From Leptolyngbyaceae cyanobacterium (GTDB lineage: Bacteria; Cyanobacteriota; Cyanobacteriia; Phormidesmidales; Phormidesmidaceae), in assembly GCA_965263355.1 (NCBI GenBank), contig CBDHHL010000056.1, forward strand, positions 2,048,001 to 2,112,000: a DNA stretch of 64,000 nucleotides, read 5' to 3'. This document shows positions 12,559 to 20,546 of this stretch, one piece after another; within the stretch, counting starts at the first letter, position 1; each line of letters opens with the position of its first letter. Position numbers and translations under genes: made by a program. The notes below the pieces were generated by a model. It saw only the letters and a program-made list of their open reading frames with translations. It was not told the origin of the DNA and did not search any database.

Positions 12559-13335
12559 TTATCGTTGGAAGGTTGTGGTTGTAGTGGCTTGGGTGTCGCC
12601 TTGGGTTGCGATCGCTTCCACGGCATATTCCGTTGCCACAGGATCACCAGTCACATCAAACTCCACATTAAACAGACCTGCACCATCAGCCACTGCAGAG
12701 GAAGACATTTCCCGTGGTGCCGATTCTCCAGTCGTAATTGCAAAGGGACCAATATCTACCAAAGACGCCGTTGGACGGGTGGCCATAATATTGAGGGTAA
12801 CCGTTGCCCCTGGCTGTGTCTGCCCAGACAACGTCAAGGTATTACCTGCAATCGTCTGGGTGGTAAATTCAGGTGCTAAGGGTAGGGTTGTTGCCGCAGC
12901 CGCAGCAACCGTCTCAGGCTCAGTAGTCTCGACGGGAGCCGTCACGGCTTCGATGGTAAACGGCCAGCTAAACTGACTCTGAACACCGGTCTGGGTTTCA
13001 AACTCAACAGTCAGCGTGTTATTCCCAAGATTGTAGTTTGAAGGTGTGGCTTGGAAACCCAAAGATAGATCGCTAGTATCAATAGAGAGGCTACCGTCTA
13101 GGGAAGTACCATTGAGCTGCACCTGAATGCTCTCTGTTTTAATCTCGGGTTGCTCGGTTAATTTGAGTTCAATGGGGCGGTCGGAAACTTCATTGGTACT
13201 AGCGGGTAATGGGAAAATTGGCTCCGCAACTTGGGCCTTTGCAACAGTAGTAACGACACCTGATGCAAGTAGTAGTCCTAAAGTTGTCAAAAATGTGAGG
13301 TAACGGTGATGAGTGAAACTAGTTTTCATATCCAT
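12559..13335 (-). CDS. Secreted hypothetical protein with beta-rich (Ig-like) domains
   Basis: Signal peptide ending AKA; Thr-rich beta-strand composition. Confidence 0.7.
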   Translation of the reverse strand: MDMKTSFTHHRYLTFLTTLGLLLASGVVTTVAKAQVAEPIFPLPASTNEVSDRPIELKLTEQPEIKTESIQVQLNGTSLDGSLSIDTSDLSLGFQATPSNYNLGNNTLTVEFETQTGVQSQFSWPFTIEAVTAPVETTEPETVAAAAATTLPLAPEFTTQTIAGNTLTLSGQTQPGATVTLNIMATRPTASLVDIGPFAITTGESAPREMSSSAVADGAGLFNVEFDVTGDPVATEYAVEAIATQGDTQATTTTTFQR

Positions 13336-13515
13336 AGTGACTCCATCTATTAAGAAATATTCGTGTATTAACAAGGTCAAAAAGCCGATATTGCCTCTAC
13401 GAGAACTGCACTATACAAAAAAAATTGATACGTTTGCAACGTACGATTCCCAGAGAATTCTCTGATAAATTGCTGTTATTGATAAATTACTGTTATGTCA
13501 ATGGAGACATTGTCT

Positions 13516-13737
13516 TTAAGCATTGCACTTAAACCATTCTTGTTGCGCAAGACCATAACAATTCTTGCGCAACCTTGCGCCAAGACCTGCTGACTGCTGA
13601 TCCTCGCCCTCTATAAACGCCTGCAATAGCGTATCTGGAGTGACTGGTGACATTGTTTCTAAAGTTTGCGCAGAGGCAATGCTTGCCAGACCCAAGCAAC
13701 CTCCTATACTTATATGCAAGAGAGATAGGTATTTCAT
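13516..13737 (-). CDS. Small signal-peptide-bearing ORF, possibly a truncated remnant
   Basis: MKYLSLLHISIGGCLGLASIASA-QT signal-like N-terminus. Confidence 0.35.
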   Translation of the reverse strand: MKYLSLLHISIGGCLGLASIASAQTLETMSPVTPDTLLQAFIEGEDQQSAGLGARLRKNCYGLAQQEWFKCNA

Positions 13738-13839
13738 TAAATTTAAAAGTATTGATCGCTAATAAGCTACCATTGCCTAATGTGTTACTGTGTGATTTGC
13801 AAGAAAGATTTTTGGATTACTGTGTATTAGTCTAGCAGT

Positions 13840-14063
13840 AATGACTCTATCAAAATTGTACAGGGGATTATAGTAGCTCTGAGTCTCAGATCTGTTACCT
13901 CCCAATCCCATCAAAAAGCCCCCACCACAGAGGCTTAGAATCGGCAGAGGCTTAGAATGACTCTATCAAAATTGTACAGGGGATTATAGTAGCTCTGAGT
14001 CTCAGATCTGTTACCTCCCAATCCCATCAAAAAGCCCCCACCAATCGGCAGAGGCTTAGAATG
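13840..14063. repeat. Perfect 88-bp direct duplication (13840-13927 / 13956-14043) with three CAGAGGCTTAGAAT copies
   Basis: Direct comparison of the two copies. Confidence 0.9.
14030..14059 (-). terminator. Rho-independent terminator
   Basis: Minus strand AAGCCTCTGCC-GATT-GGTGGGGGCTT followed by T run. Confidence 0.6.
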
Positions 14064-14180
14064 TGTTCGGAGAGTCTGAGAGGAAAAGGCTGCCCTGAAA
14101 ATGAAGCTTTCACAGATTACGGAGTCTGCATCGGGCACCCGAGCGTATGAGCCCAAGTACCGCAACAGCTCAGGAATCTG

Positions 14181-14327
14181 TTAGCGGACGGACTTAGTAC
14201 GAGCGTCTAGCGCATCCAGGCGAGTTTCCTGGATGTTATCGACTGATTTAGTACGCGCATCCAACGCTTCTAAACGAGCAGATTGAATATTCTCAACGGC
14301 CTTAGTCTGGTTGTTAATTAGCCTGAG
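14181..14327 (-). pseudogene. Start-less 3' fragment of an 18-aa tandem-repeat protein gene
   Basis: Frame reads LRLINNQ-TKAVENIQSARLEALDAR-TKSVDNIQETRLDALDAR-TKSVR*. Confidence 0.55.
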
Positions 14328-14344
14328 TCAGGCTACGATGCGGT

Positions 14345-15364
14345 TTATTTTTCCGCTGGATTGTAGATAAACCGAGTACAGACCACACCGTGGTCTGAGG
14401 TGCTTTTATCGTCATCCTCAACATAGTCGTTCCATATCCGCATTTCCTTAAACGACCAGACGCGCTGATCCGAGTGGTCATAAAACTGCTCGGAGACCAG
14501 TACATGGTCGATCACTTCTTGAATGCCCTTAAATTCGTGGGTGTAGTAGATGTCGCGGGTGGAGCGCATCTGTTGCAAAATGCTGGCAGTGTAAAGACCA
14601 ACGTCATTGCGATTGCCAACACGACTGGCCTCATACATACGGAATGGGGGCTGTTGGGTCAGAATCGAGAGCGTATTGCTGAGGGTGCTGTCATTGAGAT
14701 CGCCCAGTACAACAACCGGACTGTCGGTTTTCTTCATTTGTTTGGTCAAGAGGACCCTTAGGGCTGCAGCTTCTGCGGTGCGTCGAATGGTGGAAATGGC
14801 GCTGCCGATAGCTTCTTGATGTAGCTTTAAGACCTCGTTGCTAGTACGTAATTGGGTTGGGCGCTTGGACTTCAGATGAGTGGCAAAGACTTCTATGGTA
14901 GGGAGTTTAACGTCTTGGTGCCCCACCGACAGCTGTAGAATACTACGGGAAAACCGGTCGATTTCGATGTCTAGCTCATCGTCTTCGCCATCATCACTTT
15001 TTGGTTTATTAAGGGTGATACCGGCTGGAAAGTCCTTGTGAACCTGTTGATTTTCCACCCGCCAAGGTTTTCGCACAGCAGCCGCTACTGCAATGTTGTA
15101 CCATTTATCTCTGATAAAGCAAAGTTCATAGTCATCGGCTAGCTTCGCTTCTTTGAACAGATCAATCAGACATGGTTTAGACCACAATTCCTGAAAAGCG
15201 ATTACATCTGCATCCAGGTGAGCCAACATCTTAGCTGACCAGCTGATTTTTGCATCGTATTGTGCCTGACTGTAAGTGCTTTTGTACCATTCAATACCAG
15301 GCAGTTGGAGATTATAGAGATTGAACGTAGCAAAACTGATATTTTTAGAACCGCGTGAAGCCAT
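14345..15364 (-). CDS. Endonuclease/exonuclease/phosphatase (EEP) family protein
   Basis: ATFNLYNL, DVIAFQE, HLKS, GDLND, IDHVLVS, SDHG motifs. Confidence 0.9.
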   Translation of the reverse strand: MASRGSKNISFATFNLYNLQLPGIEWYKSTYSQAQYDAKISWSAKMLAHLDADVIAFQELWSKPCLIDLFKEAKLADDYELCFIRDKWYNIAVAAAVRKPWRVENQQVHKDFPAGITLNKPKSDDGEDDELDIEIDRFSRSILQLSVGHQDVKLPTIEVFATHLKSKRPTQLRTSNEVLKLHQEAIGSAISTIRRTAEAAALRVLLTKQMKKTDSPVVVLGDLNDSTLSNTLSILTQQPPFRMYEASRVGNRNDVGLYTASILQQMRSTRDIYYTHEFKGIQEVIDHVLVSEQFYDHSDQRVWSFKEMRIWNDYVEDDDKSTSDHGVVCTRFIYNPAEK

Positions 15365-15534
15365 GAAACATGCCTAATAACACAATAAAAGAGCTTGGGG
15401 CATTACAGCTCAGCACCAGGGGGCACGGACTATGTTGTTTAGAGAATTTGAGGTACAGGGGAGCCATCTGTTTCCCTATATAGAGAAACAGGTCTTACCA
15501 AGATATTCCAGACCAAACTTTGTAATCTTCGTTA

Positions 15535-15771
15535 CTATGTAGCACTGCCAAACAAACTATCCAAATAGAGCCTATTCACATGGGGCTGGTTCATGCCATT
15601 TTGCATTAGAAAGAGAGAAAGAGCCGCCTGCATTACTCGCTCCTGGCTCCATAGCTCATGGGTATTTAAATAATCCTGTATTGATTGATGTAGCGTTTCG
15701 GGAATCTCGATCATCAGACTAACAGTGACTGGAGCTGTGGTAACGGCCGGAGCTGTAGTAACTAAAGTCAT
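15535..15771 (-). CDS. DUF2811-like small protein
   Basis: EIPETLHQSIQDYLNTH..W.QERV..AALSLFLMQNG pattern. Confidence 0.8.
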   Translation of the reverse strand: MTLVTTAPAVTTAPVTVSLMIEIPETLHQSIQDYLNTHELWSQERVMQAALSLFLMQNGMNQPHVNRLYLDSLFGSAT

Positions 15772-16463
15772 AAATCTAAGGTCTCTTAAATTAATGGGCA
15801 CAACAAACTAGGGCCTAGTGCATTCCTCTTACCCATTGCTGCCATAACGAGGCTCGCAAAGCAGCAATGGGTACACAGGTTAAGGTTCCTTACTAGGTCG
15901 CCTGACTCAGTGGAGCTTTATTGTGCAGGAGGTAGGGGTAATTCGCAAGCACCCCTATTCTTTAGGTTTTTCTAATGCGATTTTTGGGGTGACGACACCA
16001 AGAGGGGTAAGGCATTTTTTTCGTTACATTTGTTGACAAAACAAGATACATCTCCATACTTAACGGTTTTCCCCAGAATCGCTGGATACCCTGGACGGTC
16101 GTCATACCCTGGGGAGAACCCCGCTCAAACTGGGGAAAAGCCAGGGAAAACCCTGGGGAAAACTCCGTTATATATTAATAAATATATTTTGCTGAAATTA
16201 CGTAGACGTACTGGATTTCAGCAAAATAGTCCGGATGCTGAATGCCTTGCTATAAGTCTCTTTCAGAAGATAATTAGGGCTTAAACAAGGCTTAATTACT
16301 GGATGAACTTCTGAACATAGAAAATGTTTTGATTCATGGCCATGCTAATTGCCGTCAACCGACACAAAAACCTTCATCAACTGGCAGAGGCTTGAAGTGT
16401 GTTGTGTATGGAGAGACTAAGTGGGAAAAGGGTGCCCCAAAATTAGCAACTGGTAAACAAGGC

Positions 16464-16494
16464 AAAAAAAGCCCCTGACATCGCTGCCAGGGGC
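16464..16494 (-). terminator. Rho-independent terminator
   Basis: Minus strand GCCCCTGGCA-GCGA-TGTCAGGGGC followed by T7. Confidence 0.75.
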
Positions 16495-16649
16495 CACGGA
16501 CTGTGCTGTTTAGAGGAATTGAGAGATAGGAGAGCTGTTTATTTCTCTGTATAGGGAAACAGACTCTTGCCGAAGCATTCCAAACTGGATTTTGTGATTT
16601 TCGTCGTCTCCTGCTGTGTTGTCGCTCACTCAAGTCAATACATCGCGTC

Positions 16650-17516
16650 CTAAAACAACCCCAGTTGCTGAGGGGGTGCTTTGATCAATGACCATGGCAA
16701 CGGCGGTACATCCACCCCCGCTTTTTCTAACTGCGCTTGAAAATAACGAGCAATGTTGGGTGACCTGGCTTCATTGGGACAATGGACAAAAAAGTAAACC
16801 GATAGCCCTTGGGCCAGCCATTCACCTACCTGCTGCACCCAGCTGGCTAAAAAATCAAGATTTCGATCTAGCTCAGGATGACTGATGTAACGGACTAAGA
16901 CAAAGGTTGCCGTTGTCACTGGCAATAGTGGTACCCGAGGCTTTTTCCGTTCTGAGCGTAGCTGTGGATCTGCAGCTGGATTGCTCCAGGTATAGATAGG
17001 GCGAGTATCTAGCAGGACACGCCCTGCTCCAAATCGGGTCAATAAATGATTCAACTGCTCAGAATAAGGAGCCTTAAACCAATCTAAATGACGCACTTCT
17101 ATGGCGAGGGGACTTGCTTGATGAGGCCAGCCTGCCACAAAGTGCGATAAGTCAGAAAAGAACGCGGGGCTATATCTGGGTGGCAACTGAGCAAAGATTG
17201 GTCCCAGCTTTTTGCCTAGCCCTTGCATTAAGGTTAGAAAGTCCAACGCTGCAGGTAGCTGTGACCTTAGCTCAGCTCCATGGGTAACCGTACGCGGTAG
17301 CTTGGGACAAAATCGGAATGTATCGGGTGTATTCTCGGCCCAGCGTTGCACGGTCTCTGGTGTTGGGCTGGAATAGAATGTAGTGTTTCCCTCCACGCAC
17401 GTCATGCGGTTGCCATAAAGACGCAAAAAATCAGCAGGGCGACTACCCGTTGGGTAAAAATCGCCTAGCCATTCTTTGTGGGCCCAAACAGCGCAACCGA
17501 TGCAAAACTCTGACAA
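16650..17516 (-). CDS. DUF72 domain protein
   Basis: IGCAVW, VEGNTTFY, FCPKLPRTVTH, QLPP, EVRH motifs. Confidence 0.9.
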   Translation of the reverse strand: MSEFCIGCAVWAHKEWLGDFYPTGSRPADFLRLYGNRMTCVEGNTTFYSSPTPETVQRWAENTPDTFRFCPKLPRTVTHGAELRSQLPAALDFLTLMQGLGKKLGPIFAQLPPRYSPAFFSDLSHFVAGWPHQASPLAIEVRHLDWFKAPYSEQLNHLLTRFGAGRVLLDTRPIYTWSNPAADPQLRSERKKPRVPLLPVTTATFVLVRYISHPELDRNLDFLASWVQQVGEWLAQGLSVYFFVHCPNEARSPNIARYFQAQLEKAGVDVPPLPWSLIKAPPQQLGLF

Positions 17517-17566
17517 TTTTGTGTTTTCCCAAAAGCTCTAATTCATCATGCTTTGGCTTGCCCACC

Positions 17567-17878
17567 CTACGACGCGGCTTGGGTTAATAATGGGTCGAGC
17601 TGGCCACGACTATCAAGGGCATAGAGGTCATCACATCCACCAATGTGATGGTCGTTGATAAAAATCTGAGGAACGCTGCGACGTTGGTTAGAGCGCTCAG
17701 CCATTTTGGCACGGGCCGCTTCATCACCATCGATTTTGTATTCGTTAAATGTTACCCCTTTCCACCACAATAGCCACTTGGCTCGAATGCAGTAGGGGCA
17801 GAGTTGCCATGTGTAGATCTCTACATTTGCCTTAACTGAGTCAGGAGCACGACTGAGCAAACGCTTAAGAAATTGCAT
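17567..17878 (-). CDS. grxC: Glutaredoxin 3
   Basis: CPYC active site, SVPQIFI, GGCDDL. Confidence 0.93.
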   Translation of the reverse strand: MQFLKRLLSRAPDSVKANVEIYTWQLCPYCIRAKWLLWWKGVTFNEYKIDGDEAARAKMAERSNQRRSVPQIFINDHHIGGCDDLYALDSRGQLDPLLTQAAS

Positions 17879-18030
17879 GGGTATATGTAGCTTTTACATA
17901 GAGGGTCAATACCGGGTTCACAACACCCGCATTTCCATGGTAATTGTTTTTGTAATGCGTTGATGTCTCGACAAAATCTATATCTCAATCGGTACTAAAA
18001 AGTCGATGCAGAATAGCGCCGTCCTGGGAT

Positions 18031-18290
18031 ATGAACTTAAACACGGTTAGGCCATGATCATCGTCACAACCCAAATCAACGACCATTGGGACAATTAAGT
18101 CATTAAGGAATAACGCTTACTGCGGCTCCTACTTCGGTGGGAGCCCTTTTTGTTTGTATGTCATGAGCTTAAACACGCCTAGGCCATGATCATCATCACA
18201 ACTCAAATCAACGACCACTGGCACAATTAAGTCATTAAGGAATAACGCTTACTGCGGCTCCTACTTCGGTGGGAGCCCTTTTTGTTTGTA
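18031..18290 (+). repeat. Two 128-bp tandem units (18031-18158, 18163-18290), each ending in a terminator; candidate sRNA or micro-ORF units
   Basis: Direct comparison; GGCTCCTAC-TTCG-GTGGGAGCC hairpin plus T tract in each copy. Confidence 0.9.
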
Positions 18291-18552
18291 CCCTCTATGA
18301 AAGGGGTAAGAGCTTATAGACAAGACGGTTTAAGTGAAACTACCGATAGGGATAATGGTTGCTTGGCAGGACCTCCGGTAGGCCAAAGCATTTCAATATC
18401 CAAATGAATTAGTATAATTCAGGATTTTTTTGCGGATCTGTCAAATCTTGATAAGACTGTTTATAGAAGCATATTGGCTACAGGTAAAAATGCTGGTTGA
18501 GTGGGTGGTTAGGAATTCGCTAGGCTGAAGACTGGCTTAATCAAATGAGTTT

Positions 18553-19383
18553 ATGCTGGGTAGCGATCTAAATGTTGAAACAGCACTGGCAGCCCGCGAT
18601 CCGCAGGTAATTGCATCGTTAATGCCGAAGTGGGAATGGTTTTATGACTATTACTTTCGTACCCGCACCGATGGCTGGCACCATGTTCCCAAACAAGCGC
18701 TTTTTGTCGGGTCTCACAACGGTGGTTTGGCGGCTCCTGACTTAGTTATGTTGATGGTGGACTGGTTTCGTCGGTTTGGCTATGAGCGACCGATGTATGG
18801 TCTGATGCATGTCAAAGTCTGGCAGGCAATGCCAATGGTGGCTAAGCTGGCTAATCAGTGTGGGGCGATACCGGCTCAGCCTAAGTTTGCGATCGCAGCC
18901 CTCCAACGCGGTGCCAACGTACTCGTTTTCCCTGGTGGAGCCCAAGACGTTTTTCGTCACCACCACCAGCGTCACCAAATCCAGCTTATGGGCCGGACCG
19001 GATTTATCAAACTTGCCCTCAGGGAGCAAGTCCCCATCGTGCCAGTGATCTCTAAAGGTGCCCACGACACCTTTATCGTCTTAGCAAACTGCTACGAACA
19101 AGCCAAATGGTTACACCAGCAGGGGTTACTCCCCTGGTTTTTAGATATTGATCCAGAAGTATTTCCTATTTATCTAGGCCTACCCTGGGGTCTGGCCCTC
19201 GGCCCTATTCCTCATCTGCCATGGCCCACTCAAATCCACACCCGCATATGTCCTCCCATCACATTTACCCAGACAGGTCGTGAAGCCGCCAAGGACAACG
19301 GCTATGTTCAGCAATGCTATCAGCAGGTTGTCGATCAGATGCAACACCATCTGGACCAATTAATTCTGGATAACCTTGTATAG
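18553..19383 (+). CDS. Lysophospholipid/glycerol acyltransferase family protein
   Basis: SHNGGLAAPD, VFPGG, GFIKLAL..PIVPV. Confidence 0.88.
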   Translation: MLGSDLNVETALAARDPQVIASLMPKWEWFYDYYFRTRTDGWHHVPKQALFVGSHNGGLAAPDLVMLMVDWFRRFGYERPMYGLMHVKVWQAMPMVAKLANQCGAIPAQPKFAIAALQRGANVLVFPGGAQDVFRHHHQRHQIQLMGRTGFIKLALREQVPIVPVISKGAHDTFIVLANCYEQAKWLHQQGLLPWFLDIDPEVFPIYLGLPWGLALGPIPHLPWPTQIHTRICPPITFTQTGREAAKDNGYVQQCYQQVVDQMQHHLDQLILDNLV

Positions 19384-19413
19384 AGGTATTACATGCAATG
19401 CCCCTACACAACG

Positions 19414-20397
19414 TTATTCACAGGTTCTAGGAGGCAGTGAAGCCCCAGCATTGATCCGAGAAAAATCATTAAGTTCCAGGGTAGCGCTAGCATAATATCG
19501 GTTGTCGTCATCCCCACGGGTACGACGCACCCTTAGAAAGGTAGCGGGTCCCCAAAACTCAAACCCCTCACCTAGATCACGGACCGCCCCATCAGGATAG
19601 GCTTGCCCACTAACCGTATTGCCACTTACGCGCCCAGTAACGCAGATGGATTCCCCATCAATGTAACTGTAAGCACCAATAATCTCATCCCCCGTCTTCT
19701 GAAAGACAAACAGCACCCCACCTCGACTCAACAGCTCTTGCTCTGAGTACACCCGATCGTCAGCTGGACCTGACACATACCGATAATTACCATCGGTCAG
19801 ACCAGCAATCGTGTCATAAAACGTTGGGGTGGCATCAGTTGCCCTTCCGGGGGAACTGCTAGGTAGTGGACTCCTTAGATCCGGCAGCTCTGAACGACGG
19901 TCACCACCGAGGTCAGGCAGTTCCACCGCCGCTGACGGACGCGACTCCGGACGTGCTGCTGGCCGAGCAGCCACTGCCTCCGCTCGACAGACCAACGAAC
20001 TATTCACTAGCTCAAATTCCTCTGGATCGTCAAAACCGACAAGTTCTCGATAGTAAGTATCGTCAGTCAGCAACAGCTGACGCACCCGATCAATAGACTG
20101 ATTCGGAAAAACCAACGACCGCTCCGACGTCAGCACCGCCTCCACAGGGCCAGGCACAAAAGACCCCAACTGTTCATAGAGAACCTCAGTTGTCCCCTCA
20201 GTTTCCGTCAGCGTAATAAAAGTCCGCATCCCCAATGGATTGGCCCCCCCCGTACTCGGATCATAGCTACAGAAGATTTTCGGGCCAGTAGTAGCAGACT
20301 GCGCCTGCAGTGGTTGGCTAACAGCATCTTGACCAGTCACAGTTGCAATGGCTGCAACCAATGCTAGCGGGAATACATGCAGATAGCGACCAACCAT
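19414..20397 (-). CDS. Secreted hypothetical protein
   Basis: Signal peptide; two domains joined by a Pro/Ser/Arg linker. Confidence 0.7.
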   Translation of the reverse strand: MVGRYLHVFPLALVAAIATVTGQDAVSQPLQAQSATTGPKIFCSYDPSTGGANPLGMRTFITLTETEGTTEVLYEQLGSFVPGPVEAVLTSERSLVFPNQSIDRVRQLLLTDDTYYRELVGFDDPEEFELVNSSLVCRAEAVAARPAARPESRPSAAVELPDLGGDRRSELPDLRSPLPSSSPGRATDATPTFYDTIAGLTDGNYRYVSGPADDRVYSEQELLSRGGVLFVFQKTGDEIIGAYSYIDGESICVTGRVSGNTVSGQAYPDGAVRDLGEGFEFWGPATFLRVRRTRGDDDNRYYASATLELNDFSRINAGASLPPRTCE

Positions 20398-20546
20398 GGA
20401 AAATAGTTCTCGATAAAAACAACTAGGAGACTAAAAGAATTCTATGGGTTCGCGGTCCCCTAAGAATGTTCAACGGACAATATTACTTAGTCAGTATCTA
20501 CCTAATATAGCCATCCGATAGCCTTAGTCAAAGCAACCCACCCACC

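Noticed and set aside
13935..14165. 76-aa ORF
   Set aside because: It runs through a terminator and the duplicated segment, with no protein features.
16030..16284. 84-aa ORF with PGKT-like repeats
   Set aside because: It is a translation of the TGGGGAAAA DNA motif cluster and is unlikely to be coding.
18031..18290. CRISPR array
   Set aside because: Only two long units, the intervening parts are homologous rather than unique spacers, and no cas genes are present.
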